In this document: in pieces, positions 9,285 to 18,811 of the stretch
How positions within the stretch are numbered: the stretch's first letter is position 1
How the letters are laid out: each line of letters begins with the position of its first letter
NCBI GenBank assembly: GCA_963774015.1
Contig: CAVZDH010000001.1
Location: 451,064-515,063 of the forward strand
Direction of reading: 5' to 3'
DNA: 64,000 nt
Source: an uncultured delta proteobacterium
GTDB taxonomy: Bacteria; Desulfobacterota; Binatia; UTPRO1
Notes under the pieces: generated by a model
What the model was told of the DNA's origin: nothing
What the model saw: the letters and a program-made list of their open reading frames with translations, nothing else
The model's database searches: none
Position numbers and translations under genes: made by a program

Positions 9285-10749
9285 AGGGAGGCGGCGGCGT
9301 CGGGGAGGGGCGTGTGCTCGGCGGTGCGCGGTTGGCGCCGTTGCGCCATGAAGGCGAAGAACTCCCGCGCCTCGCGCAACCGTCGGCGCATCACCTCGCG
9401 GTCGCGCAGCATGTCGCGCATGATGCGAAGGATCGGGCGCGGACGCAGATAGTAGGCGCGGTAGAAGCGCTCCAGCGCCTCGTGAATCTCGCCGCTCGGC
9501 AGGTCGCCGTAGGAGAGCACGGCCTCCTGAATGCCGCCGCCCTGGACGAGATCGGCCGACGCCGACCCCGCAGCCAACCCCGCTCGCGGGCCTGACGGTA
9601 GAGCTCCGTTCCCGGGTAGGGTGCGGCGAGCGAGACCTGCAGGCTGTAGGGATCGATCGTTTTCGCGAAGTCGATCGTCTGCTCGATCGTCTGTCGCGTC
9701 TCTCCCGGCAGGCCGAGAATGAAGGTCCCGTGGATCAGGATGCCGAGCTTCCGGCAGTCCCGCGCGAATTGATGCGCGCGATCGATCCGGGTCCCCTTCT
9801 TGATGTTGTTCAGGATCTCCTGACTCCCGGTCTCGAAGCCCACGAGCAGCAGGCGGAGTCCGTTCTCACGCATCACGCGCAGCGTCTCGAACGGCACGTT
9901 CGCCTTGGCGTTGCACGACCACGTCATGCCGAGCTTGCCGAGACCTCGGGCGATCGCCTCGGCGCGCGGGCGATCGTCGGTGAACGTGTCGTCGTCGAAG
10001 AAGAACTCACGTACCTGCGGGAAGAGACGTCGTGCGTGCGCCATCTCGGCGACGACGTGCTCGACGCTCCGGGTCCGGTAGGTGTGCCCGGCGATGGTCT
10101 GCGGCCAGAGGCAGAAGCTGCACCGGCTGCGGCATCCCCGGCCGGTATAGAGCGACACGTAGGGATGCAGGAGGTAGCCGATGTCGTAGTGGTCGACGGT
10201 GAGATGGCGTGCGTAGACGTCGGTAACGAAGGGAAAGGCGTCGAGGTCGTGAATGGGCGGCGCCGCCGGCGTCCGCCGCACGCGGCCGTCGGGCGTCCGG
10301 TGGGCGACCCCCGCGACCTCGGACGCCGGCCGCCCCGCTGCCACGTCGCGAATCGCGTAGTCGAACTCGCCGGTGGTCACGAAATCCACGGCGGGCGCCA
10401 GGGCCAACGTCTCCTCCGGAAGCACCATCGTGTGCGCGCCGACGAACGCGATCTGCACGTCGGGATAGGTCTCCTTCAAGCGCGCCGCGAAGCGACTGTC
10501 GGGTACGACCGAGGGTGTGGAGGTGTGGATCACGACCAGGTCGTGGCCGGCGGCGCGCGCGATCACCTGCTCGACGGTGAGGTCGTCGGGAGGCGCGTCG
10601 ATCAGCGTGGAGTCGGGTACCAATGCGGCGGCTTGCGCGAGCCACGTCGGGTACCAGAAGGAGCGCACCTCGCGCCGCGCCTGGTAGCGCGCGCCGGCGC
10701 CGCCGTCGAAGCCTTCGAACGAAGGAGGATTCAGGTAGAGCGTCCGCAC
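9278..10749 (-). CDS. hpnJ: Hopanoid biosynthesis-associated radical SAM protein HpnJ (frameshift near C-terminus, about 9560-9600)
   Basis: N-terminus MRTLYLNPPSFEGFDGGAGARYQARREV and radical-SAM region GRGCRSRCSFCLWPQ typical of HpnJ; conserved C-terminal block (GGIQEAVLSYGDLPSGEIHEALERFYRAYYLRPR) lies in a different frame (ORF 9278-9577). Confidence 0.8.
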
Positions 10750-10773
10750 CGCGACATCCCGTCCGGGACGGGA

Positions 10774-11814
10774 CTAGTGAACGCCCCCCAGGCTGTCAAT
10801 CGGGGGTACGACATCCGTGAGCGCGCGCTCCGGCGCCGTGCCGGCGAGCGGGCGGGTGGGGGCGAGGGCGAGATACGCCACGAGTCCGACCAGCGCCCAC
10901 GTGAGTTGCTCGACCCGCAGCACGAGCGAGAGCAGCAAGCCGAGTCGAGCGGGCAGGCCCACCAGCGCGACGGCCACCATGCGCGCGCCCTCTTGGGCCC
11001 CGAGCCGTGCCGGGACGAAAAAGGAGAAGAGGTCGAGACCGATGCTCACCAGGAAAATTTCGACGACCGTACGAGCCACGACCGGCACGCCGGCGCCGGC
11101 GAGAAACGCACCCACTTGCACGGCGGCGATGGTCGTCGCGGCGAGGTGGAGGCCGAACGCGCGCCAGAGAGCGCCCGGGTATTCGGCGTGGAAGGCGTGG
11201 AGCCGTCGGTCGAGCGCGCGCGCGCCATTCGCAAGCCGTGCGCCGTACCCGACGCGGGTGAATCGCCGCGTGAGCGAGTGGCCGGTGACGAAGGCTCCGA
11301 GGCGTCCGCGCCGCTGCAGCACGAAGAAGGCACCGACGCCGATCGCCAGCAGGGCAGCCGCCGCCACGAGGGCGAGCCGCGCCGTGGTAGGAAAGCCGGC
11401 GTGGGCGAGGATCACGACCAGTCCGCAGACGCCGAACGCGCAATCCGACAGCGTGTCGGCGAGGCGATCGACGGAGATGGCCGTCACGTTTTCGAGCGCG
11501 GAGACGTGCCCGGCGAAGCTCGCGCGCACCACCTCGCCGCCGATCGTACCCGAGGGGGTCACGGTGTTGACCGCGTAGCTCGCCAGGCGGGCCCAGAACA
11601 TGCGTGCGAACGGCGGGCGCACGCCGGGGCGATAGCACCATCGCCAGGCGACGGTACGGACCGCATGCTCGACGCCGAACAGCGCCACGATCACCGGAAC
11701 GGTCCAGCCGAGCGCGAGCGCTTCGCGCCAGAGCTCCGAGACTCCGCTACGGGCGACCAGCAGCCCGAGCCCGAGACCGGAGAGCGCGAGCAGCATGCCG
11801 TGGATCCAGCGCAT
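10774..11814 (-). CDS. UPF0104/flippase-like integral membrane protein (HpnL-like)
   Basis: 346 aa, 8+ hydrophobic segments, lysylphosphatidylglycerol-synthase-like TM architecture; sits between hpnJ and hpnK. Confidence 0.5.
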   Translation of the reverse strand: MRWIHGMLLALSGLGLGLLVARSGVSELWREALALGWTVPVIVALFGVEHAVRTVAWRWCYRPGVRPPFARMFWARLASYAVNTVTPSGTIGGEVVRASFAGHVSALENVTAISVDRLADTLSDCAFGVCGLVVILAHAGFPTTARLALVAAAALLAIGVGAFFVLQRRGRLGAFVTGHSLTRRFTRVGYGARLANGARALDRRLHAFHAEYPGALWRAFGLHLAATTIAAVQVGAFLAGAGVPVVARTVVEIFLVSIGLDLFSFFVPARLGAQEGARMVAVALVGLPARLGLLLSLVLRVEQLTWALVGLVAYLALAPTRPLAGTAPERALTDVVPPIDSLGGVH

Positions 11815-11895
11815 TCCAGGCAGAGTTCACGGCGTGCGGGTCGGCGTCAACCCGGCATGGGGGCAGGTGCCGATCGCCCGTCTCTCGTGGCCCGC

Positions 11896-12753
11896 TCAGG
11901 ACGGCGGGCGGGTGGACGCCAGTTTTCCGTAGCTCGTGAGCACGACGCCGCGCGCCGCCACGATCGCGCGGGCGTCCGCATCCACCAACGCCTCAAGCTC
12001 GGCCCGTGGCGCCCGCCGCGGATCGTCGTCGGCGGCCGTGGAGGGGTGCAGGTAGATCTCGGTCACGCCGGCAGGAAGGGCGGCGAGCAGCGCCCGCAAG
12101 TGATCTCGCGTCATTCGTCCATCCTGGTAGAGACCCCACACCCGGTCGGCCGTCGCGAGCCCGGCCGCCCGCACCTTTCGGGCCGCATGCCGCCCGAGCC
12201 AGCGAAACATCAGCCAATGACTGAGCTTGTACCCGAGCCGCCCGTGATCCAGCCGCAGATTCAGACGCAGGTCGTCACGGACGACGCGCAACGCCGGGAT
12301 CCGATACTCCGCCGCGCACTCCAGCAGGATCGTCAAGACCTGCGGGTGCATGTGGATGTGCTGATGACCGGTGACGTGATCGAGCCGGAGGCCCGTCGCG
12401 TGGAAGCGCGCGAGCTGCGCCCGGATCTCGTCGACGAGCTCCCGACGAGCACTGCGCGAGAACTGGTAGCGAAATCCCGCCCAGGGCGAGCTCGCCGGCA
12501 GGCGTCCGTCGGCGTCCACGAGGTGGGGGATCCGCGCGGCAGGCAATGCCGAACGTGCGAGCGAGAGCGCGAGGTGGAGCCCCACGGCGAGGCTCGGGGT
12601 GGCATGCGCCGCCGCCACCGCCGGCTCCCACGCGGCGCCGGTCACCATCATGCTCGCCGTCGTGAGGATGCCGCGGCGATGAGCGTCGACGACCGCCGCG
12701 TTGACCGCGTCCGACGCGCCGAAGTCGTCGGCGGTCACGATGAGCTGGCGCAT
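11896..12753 (-). CDS. hpnK: Hopanoid biosynthesis-associated YdjC-like deacetylase HpnK
   Basis: MRQLIVTADDFGASDAVNAAV N-terminus and HxH motif GHQHIHMHP typical of YdjC/HpnK carbohydrate deacetylases. Confidence 0.75.
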   Translation of the reverse strand: MRQLIVTADDFGASDAVNAAVVDAHRRGILTTASMMVTGAAWEPAVAAAHATPSLAVGLHLALSLARSALPAARIPHLVDADGRLPASSPWAGFRYQFSRSARRELVDEIRAQLARFHATGLRLDHVTGHQHIHMHPQVLTILLECAAEYRIPALRVVRDDLRLNLRLDHGRLGYKLSHWLMFRWLGRHAARKVRAAGLATADRVWGLYQDGRMTRDHLRALLAALPAGVTEIYLHPSTAADDDPRRAPRAELEALVDADARAIVAARGVVLTSYGKLASTRPPS

Positions 12754-12935
12754 GAGGCGCGAGGTTATCGACCGCCGACGTGGGCGCCGCAAGCACGTGG
12801 CTCCGTATTGTCACTCGGCTGGCGCGCGGGATAAACGGGGACGCTTCATCCATGGGTCGTCGGCGAAGGTCACTCATACGCGCACGCGGGCGCGGTTTGC
12901 GCGTCGGTCGAGGCGACGGCCGGGGTCCGACGTGG

Positions 12936-14282
12936 ATGGCTGTGCTCGCGGCGGCATGGGTGGCCTGTGTGCCGACGGCCGCGCGCGGCTCGGGACCGCC
13001 GTTGACGTTGTCCGCTGCGATCGCCATGGCGCTGCACCAGAGCGGCGGTGCGCGGATCGCCGCCCTCGAGTCCGGGCAGGCGCAGGACGCGCTCGGCGTG
13101 GCACGCAGCTCCTATCTCCCCCATCTCGTCGTCTCGAGCGGCATCGGCTATTCCAATCGTCAGAACGAAAAGCTCCGCGCCGTCGACGCCGAGGGACACG
13201 AGAGGGTGTACGGCCTGCAGTCGATCGGCGCGCGCGACGGGTGGTTCAACGTGGAGGTGGAGCAGCTGATCGTCGACCTCGAGCGCTGGCGGCGCATCGA
13301 TCAACGCGCGCTCGGCGCGGCGGCGGCCGCCGCCGCGGCGGACGAGCAGCGCGGCGCCGCCGTACGCGACGTGACCGTGGCGTTTGCGAACGTGCTGCGC
13401 TCCGACGAGCTGCGTGCGCTCGCGCTCGAGCGCGCCCGCCAGGCGTCGTGGCTCGACGAGCAGGCCGCGTTCTTGCTGCGTGCCGGTCGCGTCCTTTCCG
13501 CCGAACGCGAGCACGCCGCGATTGCAGCGGAGGAGGCCACGCTCGAGACCCGGACGCGCGACGACCAGCTCGTGCAGGCGCGCACGACGCTTCAGCGCGC
13601 GATCGGTGATCCGGCCCTCGACGTGTCGCGGCTCGATCCCTCGAGCCTTCCAGATCCCGAGCTGCCTTCCGACGATCTCGCGTCCGATCGGATCCTGGCG
13701 GCGACGCCCGCGCTGCGCGTCCTGGATCTCCGCAGGCGCGTCGAGGAGAGCGGCGTCGGTGCGGCGCGTGCGGAGCGCTACCCGACGGTGGGTCTCCGCG
13801 CGGGGTATTCCGACTACGGCCCGAACCGCTACGACAACTATCCGGACCAGGTGGGCGTGCACGTGGCCGTGCAGGTGCCGATCTTCGACGGCAACCGAGC
13901 GACCTACGACATCGCGAGCGCGAGCAAAGCCGCCGAGATCGCGCGTCTCCGCTATCGCAACGAGCTCGAGGACACCCGCGCGCGGGTGCGGGATCTCGCC
14001 AATCGTCTCGTCGCGGCGCGCGAGCGCGCGACGCTCGCGGAGCGGCGTGCGGCGCTCAGCCGCGAGCAAGTGCGGCTGGTGGATCTCCGACTGCGGGAGC
14101 AGCGCGGGACATTGGCGGAGGCGGAGGCCGCGCGCGACGCCTTCGGTCGCGATGCGAGCGCCGCCGTCGACGCCCGCTACGACCGGATCGAGATCTGGGC
14201 GACCGTGATGGCGGAGAGCGGACGGCTGCTGTCGGCGCTCGGAGGCGGGTCCGTGCGCTCCGACGGGAGCGTGACGCCATGA
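12936..14282 (+). CDS. TolC-family outer membrane efflux protein
   Basis: Signal peptide MAVLAAAWVACVPTAARG; duplicated OEP repeats with SYLPHLVVSSGIGYS and RYPTVGLRAGYSDYG motifs; first gene of efflux operon. Confidence 0.75.
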   Translation: MAVLAAAWVACVPTAARGSGPPLTLSAAIAMALHQSGGARIAALESGQAQDALGVARSSYLPHLVVSSGIGYSNRQNEKLRAVDAEGHERVYGLQSIGARDGWFNVEVEQLIVDLERWRRIDQRALGAAAAAAAADEQRGAAVRDVTVAFANVLRSDELRALALERARQASWLDEQAAFLLRAGRVLSAEREHAAIAAEEATLETRTRDDQLVQARTTLQRAIGDPALDVSRLDPSSLPDPELPSDDLASDRILAATPALRVLDLRRRVEESGVGAARAERYPTVGLRAGYSDYGPNRYDNYPDQVGVHVAVQVPIFDGNRATYDIASASKAAEIARLRYRNELEDTRARVRDLANRLVAARERATLAERRAALSREQVRLVDLRLREQRGTLAEAEAARDAFGRDASAAVDARYDRIEIWATVMAESGRLLSALGGGSVRSDGSVTP

Positions 14283-14292
14283 GGAGCGCCGC

Positions 14293-15426
14293 GTGATCGC
14301 GGGGGCCTGGCTGCTTCGCCACCGTCGGCTGGTCACCGCCGCGCTGCTGATCGCGGCGCTCGTCGTGATCTGGTCGAGCCGGCGGCCCGTGCTGGCGGTC
14401 CAGAGTGACGAGGTCAGGCGCGGTCGACTCTTGGTGACGGTCACCACCAACGGGAAGGTCGAGCCGATCGACGACGTCGAGGTGCGGGCGCGACTCGAGG
14501 GGCGCGTGCTCGAGATCGTCGACCCGGGCGTCCGGGTCGCGGCCGGGGAGGTGTTGGCGCGGCTCGACGGTGGGCTCGCCGCCGCCGCGCTCGCGGCCGC
14601 GCAGTCCGAGGAGCGCGGGGCCGAGGAGGAGCTTCGGGCGGCACGCGCCGCGACGGCGCTCGCCAAGGATCGCCTGGCGGTCGACCGGCGCCTCCAGTCG
14701 GAAGGAGCACTCACGCGCGAGCGCGTGACGGAGAGCCTCGGGGAGATGCGCGCCGCCGAAGCCCGGCTCGCCTTTTTGGAGCACGACGTGCCCCTGCGGG
14801 TGGCGGCGCTCGACCTCCGCATCCGGGAGCTCGCGGCCGAGCGCGACGCCGCCACCGTGAGCGCGCCCATTGCCGGCACGGTGTATCGAACCCAGGCCAA
14901 GATGGGAGAGCTGGTCCGCCTCGGGGATCCGCTGGTGTGGATCGCGGACCTCGAGCGCTTGCGGGTGCGGGCCAACGTCGATCAGGTCGACCTCGGCCGC
15001 GTCCAAGCCGGACAGTCGGTGCGCATCGCCTCGAACGCGTTCCCGACGCGGGGCTGGACCGGTCGCATCACCGAGGTCACCCCGCACGTCGTCACGCGGG
15101 AGAATCGCTCCATCGCGGAAGGCCTCGCGGACATCGACCCGCCGCCGGACGGGCTCGTGCCGGGCATGACGGTCGACGTGGAGATCGCCGTGGCGGACGA
15201 TCACGACGTCCTGCAGGCATCCGCGGACGCGATCGTCGGCGATCAGCGACAACCGTTCGTGTATCGGATCGACGGCGGCCGCATTCGACGCACGCCGGTC
15301 AAGATCGGGCGCACGACCGTGGCGGCCGTGGAGGTCCTGGAGGGACTCGCGGCCGGCGATCGCGTCGTCGTGAGCCCGCGGCCGGACCTGGTCGACGGCG
15401 CGCGCGTCGAAGTGGCGAGCGAGTGA
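14293..15426 (+). CDS. Efflux periplasmic adaptor subunit (HlyD/MacA family)
   Basis: N-terminal TM anchor, long coiled-coil region, lipoyl/beta-barrel motifs (APIAGTVYRTQAKMGELV). Confidence 0.8.
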   Translation: MIAGAWLLRHRRLVTAALLIAALVVIWSSRRPVLAVQSDEVRRGRLLVTVTTNGKVEPIDDVEVRARLEGRVLEIVDPGVRVAAGEVLARLDGGLAAAALAAAQSEERGAEEELRAARAATALAKDRLAVDRRLQSEGALTRERVTESLGEMRAAEARLAFLEHDVPLRVAALDLRIRELAAERDAATVSAPIAGTVYRTQAKMGELVRLGDPLVWIADLERLRVRANVDQVDLGRVQAGQSVRIASNAFPTRGWTGRITEVTPHVVTRENRSIAEGLADIDPPPDGLVPGMTVDVEIAVADDHDVLQASADAIVGDQRQPFVYRIDGGRIRRTPVKIGRTTVAAVEVLEGLAAGDRVVVSPRPDLVDGARVEVASE

Positions 15427-16133
15427 CCGTGCCGGCCGCGCATACCGCGCCGGCGACGGTCATCCGCCTGTCGAACGTGGTGAAGAGCTACGGTCGCAAC
15501 GGCGCCAACGTCGCCGCCCTGCGCGGCGTGGACCTCGCCATCCGCGACGGCGAGCTCACGGCCATCATGGGTCGTTCCGGATCGGGAAAGTCGACGTTGC
15601 TGCACATCATCGGACTGATCGACGCGGAGTACGACGGACAATATTGGCTCGACGGCACGCTGGTCTCCGGGCACACGCCCGAGGAGCTGGCCGCGCTCCG
15701 CAATCGCACCATCGGGTTCGTCTTTCAGTCGTTCTTCTTGCTCCCGCAGTTGTCGATCCTGGAGAACGTCGCGTTGCCTGCGCTCTATGCCCGCGATCGT
15801 CCCGCCGACGAGTGCCGGGAGATGGCGCGCGCTCGGCTCGAGGAGATGGGACTCGCGCCCCGTCTCGACCACAAGCCGGGCGAGCTCTCGATCGGGCAGC
15901 GCCAGCGCGCGGCGATCGCCCGCGCCCTGGTGAACCGCCCGCGGGTGCTCCTCGCCGACGAGCCGACCGGCGCGCTCGACAGCCGAACCGCCGACGAGAT
16001 CCTCGACATCTTTCATCGACTCCATGCAGACGGTGCGACGATCGTCATGGTCACCCACGATCCCGACGTCGCCGCGGCGGCGGAGCGCGTCATCCACGTA
16101 CGCGATGGCCAAACGAGCGACGGGCTGGCTTAG
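15423..16133 (+). CDS. ABC transporter ATP-binding protein (MacB/LolD-type ATPase)
   Basis: Walker A GRSGSGKST, ABC signature LSIGQRQR, Walker B LLADEPTGALD, H-loop; GTG start overlaps upstream stop (GTGA). Confidence 0.9.
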   Translation: MTVPAAHTAPATVIRLSNVVKSYGRNGANVAALRGVDLAIRDGELTAIMGRSGSGKSTLLHIIGLIDAEYDGQYWLDGTLVSGHTPEELAALRNRTIGFVFQSFFLLPQLSILENVALPALYARDRPADECREMARARLEEMGLAPRLDHKPGELSIGQRQRAAIARALVNRPRVLLADEPTGALDSRTADEILDIFHRLHADGATIVMVTHDPDVAAAAERVIHVRDGQTSDGLA

Positions 16134-17307
16134 GCTGCTGCTGCGGTTCGCGCTCGACGGTCTCGCCGGACAGCGGGGTCGTTCGGGGCTCACGATCCTC
16201 GGCATGGCGATCGGGACGGCGAGCGTCGTCGGCGTCGTCTCGATCGGGCTCCTCGGTCGCGAGTACGTCGTCGGCTTGATCGAAGGGGTCGGGTCGAACT
16301 TGGTGTTCACCTACAGCCACAATCAAGGCGTCGATCCCGAAGAGATCGGCTTCGAGGACGTCGACGCCTTCCGGCAGATGCCGCGCGTGCGCGACGTCGC
16401 ACCGGTGCTCATCGACAGCCAGGTCCTCTCCGTCCGCGGGCAACCGCAAAACGTCGACGTGCTGGGCACCACTCCGTCGTACGCTCGCGTCCGCAACATG
16501 CTCGTGGTCGCCGGACGATTCCTCACCGACCAGGAGGAACGGAGCGGCGAGAAAGTCGCAGTCCTGTCGCAGGAGCTCGCCCAACGGACCGCGGGCACGT
16601 CGGGCCTGGGCGGCTGGATCCGGCTCTATGACCTCCGCTTCCGCGTCGTCGGCATCTACAAGGAGGGCGTCGAGAGCGCTGCGGCCGTGCAAAAGAGCGA
16701 GGCCGCCGGCATCACCGCGATCATTCCGTTTTCGACGCTGCGCAGTCTCTCGCAAAAGCGCGCGGTCGACGTCGTCTACATGCAGGCCAGTAGCGCCGAT
16801 ACGGTGGCGCGTGTGGTGCGGAGCGTGACCGACGTGCTCCGCGCGCGCCACCGCGACGTGGGAAACTTCGCGGTCCAGTCGCTCGACCAGTACCTCGCGC
16901 TCGCAAAAACCGTCTCCGATACCCTGACGCTGGTGCTCATCGCGATCGCGGCCATCTCGCTGCTGGTCGGCGGCATCGGGATCATGAACATCATGCTGGT
17001 GACGGTCACCGAGCGGACGCGCGACATCGGCATTCGCTTGGCCTTGGGCGCCCACCGCCGCGACATCCTGCTGCAGTTTCTCTTCGAGGCCGGCATCCTG
17101 AGCTTCGCAGGCGGCGTCATCGGCGTGGCGCTCGGCGCCGGCGTTCCGCTGTACCTCGGGGCGATCTACGAGGTCGACGTGCCGGTCTCGCTGGCGAGCG
17201 TCCTGATCGCCTTTCTGGTGTCGGTCGCGGTCGGCATCTTCTTCGGCCTCTATCCGGCTCGCCGGGCCGCGGCGATGAACATCGTCGACGCGCTCGGGTA
17301 CGAGTGA
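16105..17307 (+). CDS. ABC transporter permease (FtsX/MacB-like)
   Basis: N-terminal TM, large periplasmic domain, C-terminal FtsX-like 3-TM bundle (GIGIMNIMLVTVTERTRDIGIRLALGA). Confidence 0.85.
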   Translation: MAKRATGWLRLLLRFALDGLAGQRGRSGLTILGMAIGTASVVGVVSIGLLGREYVVGLIEGVGSNLVFTYSHNQGVDPEEIGFEDVDAFRQMPRVRDVAPVLIDSQVLSVRGQPQNVDVLGTTPSYARVRNMLVVAGRFLTDQEERSGEKVAVLSQELAQRTAGTSGLGGWIRLYDLRFRVVGIYKEGVESAAAVQKSEAAGITAIIPFSTLRSLSQKRAVDVVYMQASSADTVARVVRSVTDVLRARHRDVGNFAVQSLDQYLALAKTVSDTLTLVLIAIAAISLLVGGIGIMNIMLVTVTERTRDIGIRLALGAHRRDILLQFLFEAGILSFAGGVIGVALGAGVPLYLGAIYEVDVPVSLASVLIAFLVSVAVGIFFGLYPARRAAAMNIVDALGYE

Positions 17308-17334
17308 CGCGCGGGGGCCGTCCCGAGGACGCCC

Positions 17335-18102
17335 TCAACGCGCGGCGCGGCCGACGAGCAGGCCCAGGAAGAAGATCCCGGCGGCGACGGCGATCACGAG
17401 AGGGCCCGTCTCCACGTGGAGAAGCGGGGCGGCGAGCGCACCGACCACCGTCGCCGTCACCGCGATCCCGATCGAGAGCGCGCGCATCTGGTGGAAGTCG
17501 CGCGCGAGGTGCTTGGCGGTCGCCGCTGGGATGATGATGAGCGAGCCCATGAGCAACACGCCGAGATAGCGCAGGCCGAGCGCGACGGTCGTCGCGAAGG
17601 CGAGCAGGAAGCCGAGATGGAGCCGGGCGACGTCGATTCCCGCCGTACGGGCGAGATCGGCCGACACGAGCGCGATCACGAGGCGGTGCTGGGCACGCCA
17701 GACGAAGCCGATGACGGCGAGCGCGGCCACGACCCCGAGCACGGTCTCGCGCACCCCCGGCGATGCGGGGGCGCCGAAGAGCGCGTCGATCAGCTCCTCG
17801 CCGGAGGCGAGCATGCTGCCGAGCGCGAGCGCCGCCGAGAAGAGCACGCCGATGATCGTCTCGGTCGGGATGCGCGTCGTCGCCTCGAGCGCCCACACCA
17901 GCACCGCGCCGAGCAGGAGCGCGGCAAACCCGCCCAGGACGGGATCCGCGTGCAACAAGACCGCGATGCCGATGCCGGGGAGCGCCATGTGCGAGAGCGC
18001 GTCGGATGCGAGCGCCATGCGCCGCATGACCGCGATCGCGCCGACCAGCCCGGCCGCCGCCGCCATGGCGACCGGCAGGACGAGATCAGCGATCGCGGGC
18101 AT
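17335..18102 (-). CDS. Metal ABC transporter permease (ZnuB/MntB/TroCD family)
   Basis: 255 aa polytopic membrane protein with ABC-3 family signature layout (GSLIIIPAATA). Confidence 0.8.
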   Translation of the reverse strand: MPAIADLVLPVAMAAAAGLVGAIAVMRRMALASDALSHMALPGIGIAVLLHADPVLGGFAALLLGAVLVWALEATTRIPTETIIGVLFSAALALGSMLASGEELIDALFGAPASPGVRETVLGVVAALAVIGFVWRAQHRLVIALVSADLARTAGIDVARLHLGFLLAFATTVALGLRYLGVLLMGSLIIIPAATAKHLARDFHQMRALSIGIAVTATVVGALAAPLLHVETGPLVIAVAAGIFFLGLLVGRAAR

Positions 18103-18811
18103 CGTGGGGCTCGTGATGGTGGAACTTCATCGGCGTTCCGTAGATCTCCTGCAGCCGCTCGGGGGTCAGGATCTCGACCGGCGGACCGAGGAAGCTCTGG
18201 CGGCGCGAGAGACAGAGCACCGTGTCGGCATGACGGTAGACGACGCTCAGCTCGTGCGAGATCAGCAGAAGCGTGAGGCCCTGATCGTGCTGCAACCGTT
18301 CCAGCAGCGCGTAGATGCTCGCTTCGCCCGGCTCGTCGACACCCGCGGTCGGCTCGTCGAACAAGAGCACGGTCGGACGACCCATGAGCGCGAACGCGAG
18401 CAGGAGGCGCTGGAATTGCCCGCCCGAGAGCGTCCCGATCGTCTGGCGAGCGATGGCCTCGGGAAGCTCCACCCGGGCGAGCACGCGGGGAATCTCGCCG
18501 GGGTCGGTGCGGCCGACGGCGGCTTTGGCCGCGAGCAAGTCGAGCGTCGTGAGCGGCAGGTCGCGCTCGATGTCGAGCTTCTGCGGCACGTAGCCGATGC
18601 GCGTCCCGGGCGCCCACTGGATCGTCCCCCGGGACGGGATGGCGCCGATCAGGGCGCGAAAGAGCATCGTCTTGCCCGAGCCGTTCGGTCCGATCACGGC
18701 GAGCGTCGTGCCCGCCGGGACGCGGAAGTCGAGCCCGTCGAGGATGACGGTATCGGCGATCGCCACGGTGAGATGCTCGACCGCGAGCGCCGTGGCGCCT
18801 CGATCGGGCAT
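18086..18811 (-). CDS. Metal ABC transporter ATP-binding protein (ZnuC-like)
   Basis: Walker A GPNGSGKT, signature LSGGQFQR, Walker B LLLFDEPTAGVD; ATG overlaps stop of upstream rhomboid gene. Confidence 0.85.
   Translation of the reverse strand: MPDRGATALAVEHLTVAIADTVILDGLDFRVPAGTTLAVIGPNGSGKTMLFRALIGAIPSRGTIQWAPGTRIGYVPQKLDIERDLPLTTLDLLAAKAAVGRTDPGEIPRVLARVELPEAIARQTIGTLSGGQFQRLLLAFALMGRPTVLLFDEPTAGVDEPGEASIYALLERLQHDQGLTLLLISHELSVVYRHADTVLCLSRRQSFLGPPVEILTPERLQEIYGTPMKFHHHEPHDARDR

Noticed and set aside
9730-12834. 1034-aa plus-strand ORF
   Set aside because: Antisense to hpnJ, the HpnL-like gene and hpnK; translation is Arg/Gly/Ala/Pro-rich with no recognisable motifs. Typical long spurious ORF in 70% GC DNA.
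12870-14975. 701-aa minus-strand ORF
   Set aside because: Antisense to the TolC-like and HlyD-like genes, which have clear family signatures; Arg/Ser/Ala-rich low-complexity translation.
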